Made by a program: the position numbers and the translations under genes
In this document: positions 52,601 through 63,775 of the stretch, piece by piece
Numbering within the stretch: position 1 is the first letter of the stretch
Layout: the number at the start of each line of letters is the position of its first letter
The notes under the pieces: model-generated
What the model was told of the DNA's origin: nothing
The model's input: only the letters and a program-made list of their open reading frames with translations
Databases searched by the model: none
DNA from: Macrostomum hystrix
Lineage: Eukaryota > Animalia > Platyhelminthes
Direction: 5' to 3'
Length of the DNA: 64,000 nucleotides
Assembly: GCA_950097015.1 (NCBI GenBank)
Contig: CATNEN010000039.1
Span: 17,918,001-17,982,000 of the forward strand

Positions 52601-54331
52601 CTGGGCGACGATCTCTTCCTGATCCAGCTCCTTTAGCTGAAGTACAGATACCGATGGAGCCGGAACAGTTTGAAATGAAGCCTGGAATTAGCAAGCGTGG
52701 CGGCGACTTGCTCGTGTCTTCCCATGGCTACATTCTCGGACGCAATGGAGGAAAAGCTGGCTGCAATTACTGGAAGTGTATCGTCCGCAGCGAAGCTTTG
52801 ACATGCAACGGTTCTGTGAAGCAGACAGCAGATGGCTCGTTTTATGTGAGCCGACCACATGTCTGCCATGCGGACAAAGCAGCTGGACTTAAGAGAGAGC
52901 TTCAATGGGACGTAAAAAACGAGGCAAAGCGATGCCGATTCGAGCCAGCTGCTGCGATAGCCGAAAGTGCTTTGATTGCTCATTGTCTGCGCGACGATTT
53001 AGGCGTCAGCCCTCCGACTGTGGAACAGCTCGCTAGAAACGCCAACCGATTTCGCGCAGGAAGTCGGCCGCAGCATCCAACAGATCTCCGATTCGAGTTG
53101 CAGGAGGATGCACTTCCACCGAACTTTCTGAAGGCGGACGTGACTGTGGCCAGAACGCAAAAGCGCCACCTGATATTCGCAACAGACGAGCAGCTTGCAA
53201 TCCTGGCCAACACAAAGCAGTGGTTTCTCGATGGAACATTCTATGTCGTCAAGAGCCCATTCATGCAACTATATTCTGGTAAGTTTGTTACTTTTTGTCA
53301 TTGAGTTTTGTTATTTCTTTGTCATTTGGAAATTAGCTCTACCCCTCTCAGCCTCACCCCTAACTCATCTCTCCCTCCTCTATCTCTCTACTTTTTTTTC
53401 TCCCCCACCGCTACCCATTTCTCTATCACTCCATTTTCTCATTCACCACCAAACTTCTGGTCTCCCTCTCTCCTATTCTTCTCTCCACTTCGCTTTGTTC
53501 CGTTTGGATGAAATTGTAAATATTATCTACTTTTCAGTTCATGGACTTCTTCAGAAGGATGGGAAGCACAAGCAAGTGCCATTGTGCTTCGCGCTCATGT
53601 CAGGAAAATCAAAGCACGACTACTTGCAAGTTCTGCAAAAGCTAATTGAGCTGGCTGGAGTTCCTCCTTCTGAAGCTGTATTGGACTTTGAGGCTGCGAT
53701 GTGGGAGGCTCTGCATCATACCTGCCCGAGGGCTGAGCTGCAGGGCTGCTCTTTTCACTTCGCACAGAGCATCTTTCGAAAAGTTCAAGAGCTCGGCCTT
53801 GCTGCATCGTATGCTGTGGATAAGGGCACGCGACTGTTCTGCAAGCAGCTGATGGCCCTCATCTTCCTCCCAGCCGAACACATTTACACTGCTTTTGGCG
53901 CTCTTGCCGACAAAGCGAATACAGAGGCGCTGGTTTCTCTGTGCCGCTATGTGGACGTGACCTGGCTGTCGAGTAGCGTGTGGAGCCTGGAAGAACTCTC
54001 TGTCCACGGCAAGAGGGAGCGGACTAATAACTCTGTGGAGGGCTGGCATATGGCTCTAAACCGAAGAGCGAGGAAGGGCAACTTGAATCTCTATGCCTTG
54101 GCTGAGCTCCTATTGCAACAGGCTGCCCTTGCAGTTCTGCAGTCTCGACAGCTGCAAGCTACTGGCGGGCCTGGAAGACGAGTCAGGCTAGTCTACAGAT
54201 GCCGCGAGGCCAAGATTCAGGCGGCATGGCAGAAATTCGATAGCAGTGCTCGTCAAGAGGAGGACATTATGCGCCTTCTCCGGTTTTGCGCTGAGCTGAC
54301 AGCGAAGTTTGTTAAGCTGCCCACTGAGTAA
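40626..54331 (+). CDS. PHD finger-FLYWCH-MULE DDE transposase (656 aa); exons 40626-40811, 52288-53278, 53538-54331
   Basis: Exon 1 is a C4HC3 PHD (CLVC...CDSCDQWQHRIC...WMCSRC) ending at gtaagt, phase 0. Exon 2 has an Ala repeat, FLYWCH-like YWKC...C...H.CH and WFLDGTF. Exon 3 has VLDFE, GCSFH and RTNNSVEGWH. The exon 2 acceptor is the least certain boundary. Confidence 0.82.
40950..41595. repeat. EnSpm subterminal array, 21-bp AT-rich unit
   Basis: Unit taataatacattataatctat, related to the aataatgcatt TIR motif. Confidence 0.95.
42754..45255 (-). CDS. EnSpm/CACTA-type DDE transposase (833 aa from ATG 45255), intact
   Basis: LNADG, IWPL...NLPP..R...NIIL, SDLPA, QFNGEFSCPKC, IDGMH...EG, WKAKDFK, NFHLLEH and SMFPFE motifs. 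The ATG is in a GCCACCATG context directly after a splice acceptor. Confidence 0.92.
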   Translation of the reverse strand: MQHIQKTSATGSASASVSSATGSASASVSSATGSASASVSSATGSASASVSSATGSASASVSSATGSASASVSSATGSASASVSSATGSASASVSSATGSARASVSSATGSASASVSSATGSALSSSSSSSDHASAGASVPMTSQRLHSTVSAQGAAEPLLPLSVFQERHLILQHSLEDECTVASLLRLWQLNENCSDAAMNRLLLLLSHIPDRNLPKSAKQMKTRVKNFFCHSFTSARLCLVCEKAGCREHEDLATTVVITNVQGQIENILDSQLEVLLEYEREMSSGMYTDVLNSDVAENLERSSGTNLHMYFLLNADGASFWENSDVQIWPLTAILLNLPPGKRKLFRNIILLALVSAKQKPNFRQCLPAILNKLPTLVEYGRFSVHLHFSFIVSDLPALASLFCIKQFNGEFSCPKCLNPGKSLRTGLWVFAPNSQCPLRTTAFHLECVRFLEQSGLKSIFGVTGVSPLCKRISFPANFIIDGMHAFFEGQVKLLLTMSTDGKNRHEEFFIGRSVREVVDSLLENLKFPHGIHRPPTLARLSLWKAKDFKLFSLYLWIPLLLAQQNGLHRELIFCLIAVYHFMYSNAGFEQVQLLTTAFMESAAEVFSEEVHRLNFHLLEHMGNQCREFGPISSYSMFPFEGAMLHFKHMFSGTRYQAEQIAERFFWYSSLVNSFQHSEFTAYEAFTSAIADTSLPRDCIVVNGQAVFAHGHETNFKTCSSFVYLKDGRFSLIREVCPGGQSFLGSILDSVGTLQSVLFPLFTRPVLAAARSKPSLRYEMFNRNARNDGIEWFPSSMIQSRCIKIDLNHLRGVGSFFSLVPMLEESEHD
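44886..45236 (-). repeat. 33-bp coding minisatellite (SATGSASASVS)n in the EnSpm transposase N-terminus
   Basis: Unit gccgatcctgtcgccgatgacacagaggcact(g/a), ~10-11 copies. Confidence 0.95.
45955..50407 (-). CDS. EnSpm accessory protein (374 aa) with a putative C-terminal BEN domain; exons 50407-50198, 48616-48445, 48351-48016, 47718-47627, 46971-46785, 46082-45955
   Basis: Five GT-AG introns, all phase-consistent, giving a stop-free frame in otherwise AT-rich DNA. The C-terminus STFIRQFALKRYGLAYLMTH...GKKTTRIAASQEVVDELKKVL...MWTMARKSLNQ resembles the BEN helical pattern (recognised by eye). Confidence 0.75.
51370..52075. repeat. EnSpm subterminal array of aataatgcatt motifs in ~120-bp higher-order units
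   Basis: Repeated aaaataatgcattct and gcaatgcattg motifs. Confidence 0.92.
52299..52562 (+). repeat. 51-bp coding minisatellite (AELSAAESGGAAAADTA)n in the MULE transposase linker
   Basis: About five in-frame units. Confidence 0.92.
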
Positions 54332-55162
54332 CTAACTTCGTGAGTAACTACTCACTGATGCCACAATGACTGAGGATGTTAAATATTTTTGCTTTGTTTT
54401 TATCGCTTTAAGAACATGAACTTTTCAAAGACTAAGTGGTGCTGCTCAAGTTGTATTTTTTAGTCGCAACTGTTTAAACTCTGTCTATACTCTGTTTAAT
54501 GACACATACTCATAATTTATTGCAAGTGAATGCCAATTTGAAATGTGAGCTCGTATTTTAAACGTATACACTGTCATTCACAAATTGTGCAAATTATCAC
54601 CATTCTGTTGTGTATATAAACTTTGTCTATTGTCTAAGTCTTAGTTGACTAATTTTATGAACATGTGCCCGTATTATTAGTCGTAAATCATACACTCTCA
54701 TTGCCGCGAATGTGCGGCCCGAAGTCCTACCTCAAATTGAAATCCCTGTCTACGCAACTAGCTGCAAGCGACCCATTGCACAGGCAGCTCCATGTGGTAA
54801 ACAAAACCAGTAGTAAAAGAGAACAATAGAAAGCGGAGCATTGAGTCTCAACTCGCAAACAATAGGCCCCAGCAACGCCCAGACAATTGATTCTCAATAC
54901 ACCTATTGAGAAAATATTAAAATATTAAATGGTCAGGTAATAAATCTATCATCACTTCTAAAGCCGAATACATTTGTGTGATATGCCTAAATAAACTTGT
55001 CAGCGGAAAGCAAGGAATAACTCATATTCATATCCTAGTCGGTTGACTTTTTTAGCCATGTTGCTTGTCATGTGACAGAATGCTTGCAGCGGTGATTTAT
55101 CTGATCTCAAGTGATATATTTATGTGCGTTTATATCGAGTCACTCATGGATGACTAAAACTG

Positions 55163-55500
55163 CAGGGCTGTTTCGTTCTAACATCGCGATATAACATGCA
55201 AAAGGACGCATTTGCATCGATCTATAACATGTTAGATGTTGCGTGCAAAATAAAGAAATAACAAGAAATTATATTTATATACCTAGCGAGCTATATAAAT
55301 CGTTAATATTACCGATTATTAATAGCTAGCTAGTTAAAAAGTAGACATTTTTCTTATTGCTACACTGCTAGTAAGGGGCTTTCTATTAGGATTACTTCAA
55401 GGTTAAAGTAGGCATTAACACAACATCTAACATGTTATAAACCGATGTACATGCTCACTTTTTGCATGTTATAATCCGAAGTTAGAACGAAACATTAGTG
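55163..55500. mobile_element. MITE (hAT-like) inside the MULE 3' region
   Basis: ~80-bp imperfect inverted repeats (tgtttcgttctaac...ataacatgttagatgttg); flanked on both sides by aaaactg. Confidence 0.75.
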
Positions 55501-56817
55501 AAAACTGATATTGGCGTAGAAAAAAATAGGACTAAGTAGACGAGCTCTACAATAACTTGCTTAGTCATTACTTTACAGGTAGGGAGAGAAAGGGAGTGTA
55601 GAAGGGGAAAGAGAAGGGGAGAGAAAGTGGTTCTAGACAAAGAGACAGATTAAGTTCTAGAGATTCCTGTGATTCGATTTTTATTCTGACCAAGTATTTT
55701 ATTGCATTTCAATTTAGTAAAACAATAGAATAAAAAACTTGCGTTTTCTACTAAAAGTAATGCTGCAAATTTGCTACAAATTTTTAATATGAAAATGAGA
55801 GAAGTAAGTGAGAACAGCTCTTGTCTCAATTGGGGATTCCTGTGAGCCCTACCCCAACACTCCATGAAACCCGGAGGTTTTGGTGCCAACAAAACCAAGG
55901 ACTTCATAGCATCTATAGAAGATGCTTCTATTCGAATTCAGTGTTCCTTGCAACAAACACACCCCTATACACACACACAAACTACATGGCAGGGCTTATA
56001 CTTGTATATGCCATAGAATGGCCAGCAGACGAACTTGTTTGCTTTTTCGTCTACTGAGCAGACGAACTGGCGGCAGACGAAAGAACTGGAATCCCCATTT
56101 TTCTATGCACAGTTACGTTGAATGCCCACTTATGCTGGTCAATGATGTGCACGATAGTTCCAATTTAAAGCAATAAATTCAAATATAAATTTAAACTGTT
56201 ATGAAATTTTCCATGGCCTGTTGAATTCGATATTGTTGTTGTTGTTACATGAAAGGGCTAAAGTTTTGCCCGCGGATTAGCCAACTGAAAGGCTTCTACC
56301 GCTAAAAGTATTTAAATATAATATTATAAGAATAAAATAGAATAGAGAATAAATAATGAAATCTTGTAATTAGACATTAGTGTAACATAACACCACAGAA
56401 GAATAAATCCTGTAATTGGATATTACAGTGTACTAAAATCCTCAGACGATTGTATTGAAATCATATCACATGAAAAGAGAAGTCAGAACCGCAACAACTT
56501 TGGTGACAATAGTGAGAAAAATACTTTACAGAGAAGCACTTAGAAGACACAATAAATATGCATGATAATGCACTTACAATACCCAGATATTTTTGTAAAC
56601 TTAGAACGTGCCATAGACAATTTAAAAAGCAAGTTCCCAGCCAGCAGTTTTTCATCACGCTATGGTGCCCGTTCCTTAATCTGCAGTGTAATTGAGCTGC
56701 GCGCTTCACATCAAAGCGGACTATTAAGAGTGGAAAAACCAGTCGAATGTCCATTAATAACATTTTCAGTGTACTATAAATTCTGACTACCGAGTGCTGC
56801 AGATCGCATGAAAGGCA

Positions 56818-57766
56818 ATGCCCGGAAATTTTGTCTCCCGCATGTTGCGTAAAAGTCGCAATAGTGACTCCGGCCAGCAGCATGCCGATGAGCAGAGCCA
56901 GAAATACAAAAGCCAGCCAAGGGTAAGTGCGAAAAATAGCTATTTTATAGTATCTGAAATATTGTAGAATAGTCAATCACATTCACATAGAATAGTGAAT
57001 TCACCATGTTCAAAACTCAGAAGTTTTTTCTTTAAACAACTCTTGCAATATCTTTCGCTACTCCGTGTGAACGGCTTTCATTCAGGTGCCCGAAAGATCC
57101 GACAATATCTGGCAGGGAGAGCCGCTAGAACGTCCCGGAGATCAAAAATGTGACTTATCCAGGACAGCGTCTCAAACTGCAGGCGACAAGCCGTCTTCGA
57201 CGAGCAAAAATGATGTAGAGAAACATCCTCAGCATGCGGGCTTATTTAGACGTTTCACAAGCCGCCTGATATCGTCAGCTCGTGGACGTCAGGCGAAGCA
57301 GCTTCGCCATTTTCACCAGGCGCCAGAGCCAATGACGGAAGCCCTACCAGCTTCAGAGGAGGCCTCCATGCTGCTCCGCACACCGTCTCCGATGCGTCTG
57401 CTGCTGTCGCGCACCATAACACCGATGGTACATCGCCAAAAGCGCACCGCCACAGTGTCACCAGTCTCCATCGATTGCGGCCCTCTAGCCGACACGTCCG
57501 ACAATGAGACGCTGCCTGAAAGGCTCACGGCGTCAACATTTGCTACTAAACAGGAACCAATCTCGTTATTGACTGCGTTGTCGTCGATTTCCAGCAATGA
57601 AAGCAACAGTCGAGTCGACGACTTCGGCGATAAAGATTCTGACAGTCAGATAAGCGACTGCGTGCTAAGACTGCGTATGGCTACCACTGCAACAGATTCT
57701 CGCAGCAACAACAACGGCAGCAGAAGAAGATCGAGGCGTCAACAGAGAACTACAGAGCATCGATGA
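56818..57766 (+). CDS. Hypothetical low-complexity protein (261 aa); exons 56818-56922 and 57086-57766
   Basis: ATG-open exon ending AGG|gtaagt joins in phase 0 to ttcattcag|GTG and a 226-codon ORF. No recognisable domain. Confidence 0.6.
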
Positions 57767-59090
57767 CTTGCCTCCAATGTTCTGCTGGACACGGCGTCAA
57801 ATTAAAACAGCCATCGTATGTCCACTTCGGCGACCAATTAAACCCATCATCGACGTATGAGGCAACATCACGATAATTGGTCATACTGGCCAGCCAATAA
57901 GCATCTGTCATCGAACTGTAATACATAAGCGTACATAAAAGTACATGTGGATGAGTGATGGCGGTTTACCGGCTGTTGAGCCCAAAGCTCAGAGCTGTTT
58001 ATTTATTTAACTTTTTCTTTCGAGCTTATTAGACACAATGGACAAGCGCATGAACTATTGCTGGTGGAAATGCGGATTTAGATTCGCTTCAATTATTTTT
58101 GTGGAAGAATATAATTTCATGATAACATTCGCGTGTAGGCAGTTTATGCTGCATGGCTTAATATTTCATGCTGATAATTGTAAGCAGCAACAGTCTTTGT
58201 GCTTAAAACAGTAAAGACTCACACATTGTTTAAAACCGAACAAACTTGGCTTGCTCTGCTAATGTTTTTGCTCATAGTTGTAAGCAAAAACGTTTACAGC
58301 CGCTCTCCTCGATCCAGCAGGCGATCCAGTACTGCCCCCAGCCTGCGCAGGAGGTTGCGCTGCTCACGCTGCAGGCCCCAATTCGGCGGCGGCAAGAGTG
58401 AACTCGGAGGTACGTCGACTACCTAATTAGCCGACGCCGGCGCCCCGGACACTGCTGGAGGCTTTGCGGACGCAAGCTATTTAAAGTAGTTTATCGATGC
58501 TACCTACTTGTAGTAGCAACTCGTAAGTTTAATCAGTTTTCATTGAAAATTAGACCTTGTCCTGCAATGTCAGCCGTGTACGATGGCTGATTTAACCCGA
58601 GACGCGCTAAATCGTTTGTGCATTCCCTTATCTCATCTATTATTTGGGCGTATAAAAGAGCCGGTGTAAAATTTGAGGTTCTAATATGAACACAATGCTC
58701 CTGAAACAGATTCCTGAAATAAACGGGTAGGATTGCTGCCACCTCGGTCAGAAGGGTCGAATATCTCGTAAGACTTCCCTAGCCATTGATCTTTAAGATG
58801 AAAATAAATGGATGTGTCCAAACTCGATCTCAAGCCCTTTATAATTTTATTATGATGATCCCCCATTACCTGCCAGTTTTCCTCAGAGAATTTGTAAGGG
58901 ACCCTTGAGACCAGTCGGGGTGATCGAAGCACGTGACTCGCTGAGTCATCACCTTGATCCTTAGACCCCTCAAACGCCCACCCGCATCCGCTTCCCATTG
59001 TTCTGGTTCTATTGATTTAAACGAATCCCTTAGTAATTAATTTCCCGAATGTAATGTTAAGTTTTTAATTTCTGTGATTTTTTTAAGTTC

Positions 59091-59496
59091 TGTAATATCA
59101 CCCGCCCCAACTACCCCACACGCTTACTGTACAACGTCGGGCTAATCAGAGCGCGGCAGGGCTCGTTTGTTCACTGCGCAGGGTCAAGGCTGCATGGGTC
59201 AATGGAGACTTTCCGTCACAGTTCACGCGCGTGATGCGTGAATTCGGCCCTATATCGTGTCGCTGGTTTTTCTCCAGCCACGTTCGACCCACTTTTCGAC
59301 ACGCATGTATAGGTCCCCAATTTGGAGGCACTTGTCCCGTTTCGTCCCATATCCCCCTACTCGTCTCATTTTCAAGCCCGATTTAAGGTATTTACCATTT
59401 TGCTTTAGACCGCATTTGGCAGCACAATATCCCCAATAATTTCTTCGTATCAATAAATCATTGCCAGTGTGGAGCCATTGCTCGTGGGTGTTATAA
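59091..59496 (+). mobile_element. Possible old solo LTR
   Basis: tgtaatatcaccc...gggtgttataa imperfect inverted ends, with AATAAA ~40 bp before the right end; no TSD seen. Confidence 0.3.
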
Positions 59497-60807
59497 AATA
59501 ACTGTGGGTGTAGTAAAATCTAATCTTTTTCTTAGCTTTCTGAGCACATTGTGCCCATTTAAACACGTCACTGCGATCTCAGAGAAAGTTGTCGGCAGGT
59601 TGCAAATAGAAAATAATGTTACTCAAATGTTAATATGGTACGATAATACTACGAGTAATTTCACAGTACAGTCTGCACACGGAGCCGCATTCACAAGAGG
59701 TGCCATGCCTAGTAAGAAGGGATTGAATCTCTATACTTAATATTTAGTTAATGCCTCCCCCAGCTAAGGTAGGATCGTGTAAAGTACAAAAGAATCCCCC
59801 ATGCGAAAGACCTTGCTTCCAGCACTGACCAGGACACCCAGTGGATGCCCAGCATAGAGTCCCTCTAGCGGCCATTTTTCTCTTTCTTCCGGCCTATTAA
59901 TATTTGTTAGCAACCAGGGACCCTGCCGATCGTTAGGTTTTAGTTATGGAGTCTAGACCGAAAGGCGTGGTGGCAGATCTACTTTAAGTAGTCCCTACCC
60001 AAAAAACTCCCTGGCTAGACTAGGGCACCAGGCATGATCGCCGTGGGATTTCCAGCGCTCGCATCGAGACATCGCCGGGTTACATCTATATGAAAAACTA
60101 AATCTCTATATGCCTTAATTGCGAAGAAAACTCAAAAGAGTCCTGTACTTCTCGCTCGTTGGGCTCAATTCGATAACGACGTCTGGTGTCTTTGGGCTCA
60201 TCAGCGTCTCGTATTTATCTGGACCCACCTAGTGATGCCATTGGCTGGGCTCATTCGAGCTCTCTAATTGGCTGGAATAAATCCACAGACGGAAATTCCG
60301 CGGGTGTGCCACAGGACCGGTGGAAAAACCGTGGATAAACCAGCCAATGGTTTCCCTAGACCAAACGCACCCTTTACTGTAAATATAGTATTTGTGGATA
60401 AGAGTAAGTCAGCCCAATGGCTAACTAGTCAGCTGGTGAGAACTATATACTCTAAACGTTGCGGCTTACACAATATAAAAAACTCAAAAGGCAACAGTTT
60501 ATTTCTACCATAAGCAGTAACTTTGTTCTACATTATTCAAGTAGACTCAGCCGTTAGTGATTGATAGCAAGAGCTGCGCTGCTCAGAAGTCGTCATTGAA
60601 TCTATAAGCGGCAAAGAGAATCCATTTAATAAGTCTTAACAGTCTTGATTAACTCGCTGAAGCTACTCACTGGCTAGTGAAACATTTTTTAGAATTCACT
60701 CTACAAATAACATTATTTTGCTTTTTTTCTTTTGTTCCTAAGCTTGCATGGTAAATTACTCGTACGTGTAGCGTGCAGCTAACTGGAAAACTGGATAATT
60801 TACTTTT

Positions 60808-61345
60808 TCAGGTAAGCTGAGTCAAACGAGACACATCAGGTAAGCTGAGTCAAACGAGACACATCAGGTAAGCTGAGTCAAACGAGACACATCAGGTAAG
60901 CTGAGTCAAATGAGACACATCAGGTAAGCTGAGTCAAATGAGACACATCAGGTAAGCTGAGTCAAATGAGACACATCAGGTAAGCTGAGTCAAACGAGAC
61001 ACATCAGGTAAGCTGAGTCAAACGAGACACATCAGGTAAGCTGAGTCAAATGAGACACATCAGGTAAGCTGAGTCAAATGAGACACATCAGGTAAGCTGA
61101 GTCAAATGAGACACATCAGGTAAGCTGAGTCAAACGAGACACATCAGGTGAGCTGAGTCAAACGAGACACATCAGGTAAGCTGAGTCAAATGAGACACAT
61201 CAGGTAAGCTGAGTCAAATGAGACACATCAGGTAAGCTGAGTCAAATGAGACACATCAGGTAAGCTGAGTCAAATGAGACACATCAGGTAAGCTGAGTCA
61301 AATGAGACACATCAGGTGAGCTGAGTCAAATGAGACACATCAGAT
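60808..61345. repeat. 28-bp minisatellite, ~19 copies, abutting the DEG/ENaC stop codon
   Basis: Unit caggtaagctgagtcaaa(c/t)gagacacat. Confidence 0.96.
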
Positions 61346-61353
61346 GAGCCGAA

Positions 61354-63571
61354 TCAAATGAGACTCAAAGGCTCAAATCCTTCTGAGCTGTTTCCTCCGC
61401 TGTCATTGTTAGAAGCAGCAGCAAAGGCAGAAACAACGGCAGCCGTGGCAGCAACGACAGGCCTGTCGCAGCAGTTGGGATGACGCCCTGCTGTAGTCGG
61501 CGTTGTCGTTGACGTGCCGGGAGGTAGACTCAAGCATCGACCGAATGTGTAGCTAGAAAATAGGCAGAGAAATTCGATAAACTCGAAGACAGTTACCAAG
61601 CTGACACCGATCCACAGGCCGAGGCAGCCGCCGAGAGAAGACAGCAGCTGCGGCAGCTGGAAGCTGGCCTCGATGCGCAATTGTTTAACAGTCAGTGTCT
61701 GTGGAAACACTCGCACCAATAGGAAATGCTGCCTAATAAATCTGTGCACCCGGAGGCAGTTGTCGATGGCTGACATAGTGGCTGCACTGTACCGCCTCTC
61801 AGGACTGTCCAGCAGGTTGTGATCCAGTCGGCGGTGACAGTCCGTCAGGCTGAGATTTTGTCGAATCAACGATTCGCTCAACAGGTTGTCCGGTTGCACA
61901 TTGGCGTCTAGATAAGCCTGGACAAGACCGGAGATTTCCAGGATCTGTTTCAGGTGATCGTCGCCGGATTCGCTCGCCCGGTGCGGCCAGTCGGCCGTTG
62001 AAATCTTGGCTGAATAGGCCACACTGTTGCAGGGCTCGAAGCAGGTGGCATTGTAGTCGAATGCGGTGCCGTGATAGCACAGGAACTGCTGTAGTTGGCT
62101 GTGAATTCTCGGACGCTCCAGTCTTAGGTAGTCAGCGAGGCCAGCTGTGGATACATTGCTCAAACTCACTCTGTCCAGAAACTCTTTTGGATTGTCTAAT
62201 CGGCCGCGAATCACATTGTGACAGAATGGTATGTCGCCAGACTCTGGGAAATCTTCGGCGTCAACTAGGCCCTCCGGGATGCAGCCGCAGCGGTCCAGGA
62301 TGTCCAGCTTGTCGCGCCAGTTGGCGCAGTCGTACAGCGTGTTTTCGTAGGTCATGTGACGTCGCAGCAATGAGTCGTACATGCGAACACTGCGCTTCGG
62401 CTGGCAGGGATGCGTCGGCGTCGGCCGGATGACGGTGCTGTCCTGTTGAAGCGCAATCAGGGTCATGTGACCCAGCGGGGCCAGGTGAGCGTTCTTGTGC
62501 GGATGCGGAATCGTGTTCTCCGGGTGGACGGTCAGCAGAATGCTTTCGCCCTGTGAGCACAAGATATAAGCACTCTTTCTCAGCAAGTGTATATTGCAGC
62601 AATTAGTTGTTAAGGCTTTGAAAATTATAGTTAATTACATTGCTTCGAAAACGGAAATGGATGGCTTCTGATACCCCTTTCTTGGATAGAAAATTTAACT
62701 AGAACATTTTCTCAGCGGGACACTGGACACACAATTAGCAAAGCAATGTTTTTCAGTTAAAATACAGTGCATAGCACAGCAATGCATTCTAATCATCGTC
62801 CATGGAATAGACTAGCAATCCATTGTACTTTACCTGAAATGCCATCTCGTGGACCTGTATTTTGTATCCCATTTTTCCCACCAGTCCAGCGCGCTCTAGC
62901 ACGGTGTCAGCTGACGGATGGTACAGCAGCAAGGTCAAGCCGAAACCCATGTCTGCCCGCCGCAGTCGCCTCTCCATCGGCTGAAATGTCAGGCAGTTTC
63001 CGTAGGCCCTGTCAAAGAAGACGGTGAAGTTTTGCCAGCCGCACAATTGGCCATTGTATCGGCAATGAACAACGGTGTCCCTTGGTCGGGTGCCAATCTG
63101 GCTGAAGTTGAAATAGTGCTCATAGCGGTACATCGGCCTGTAGGCCTCGTCCCACCAGATTCCCGTGACATTCTGAATCTTGTCATTGGCCGAGCCTAGC
63201 TTGCTCAGCTTCACCGATCGAGTTCGAATCGGCGTCTCAGGGTCGCAAAGCGTCAGATCGGGGAAGCTGAAACTATTCAGCGACAGGCGCTGCGAGCTGG
63301 ACAGCGGATAGCTGAGGTAGTGAGCCACCTCCAGGCCGATGTGCAGGCACAGGCCCAGGGTAGCTGAGGACACAATGGCCAGCCAAACCAGCTGGCAGGG
63401 GCCGCGGATGCCGTCGGCGTCGAACACCTGATTGACGCCGTGCAGCGAGGTGCTGGCGAAGAAGCGGGCCAGACTGCGCAGGAATGCCAGGTCCTGGTTG
63501 CCGCGCAGCCGGCGACGCTGCGGCTGACTAGACTCCGACAGTGGACAAATGCCATTGACGGCTGATGCCTG
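61354..63571 (-). CDS. DEG/ENaC (ASIC/FaNaC superfamily) ion channel subunit; exons ~63571-62834 and 62550-61354, start exon not located
   Basis: FFASTSLHG, TM1, YLSYP, FPDLTLC, C.YNG..C, YGNCLTF, GLTLLL, Cys-rich thumb, and TM2 LLSSLGGCLGLWIGVSLVTVFEFIEF. Confidence 0.92.
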
Positions 63572-63617
63572 CTGACAAGGACTGAAAGCCGGATGGAGGA
63601 ATCCAAAATAGGCGTAT

Positions 63618-63775
63618 GGTTTGCTTTGCCTTTTTTCTTCGTTTTGTGTTTGTTTGCTTGTTTGTTTTGTTTGTTTGGTTGCTTTGTTGTTTGTTTGTTG
63701 TTTGTTTGTTTGTTTATTTGTTTGTTTGTTTGGTTGTTTGTTCGTTAGTTTTGTTCTTTTTCTTTCTTGTTTTTA
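63618..63775. repeat. (GTTT)n microsatellite
   Basis: Degenerate gttt run. Confidence 0.9.

Larger units (their letters stand above)
40371..56094 (+). mobile_element. Mutator-like (MULE) DNA transposon, 15.7 kb including nested inserts
   Basis: Perfect 9-bp TSD ccatttttc (40362-40370 and 56095-56103). TIRs share tttcgtctgccgccagttcgtctgct, with internal ttcgtctgc repeats. MULE transposase inside. Confidence 0.93.

Noticed and set aside
56461-56976. 171-aa hydrophobic minus-strand ORF
   Set aside because: Non-ATG start, no motifs, and it overlaps the better-supported plus-strand exon 56818-56922.
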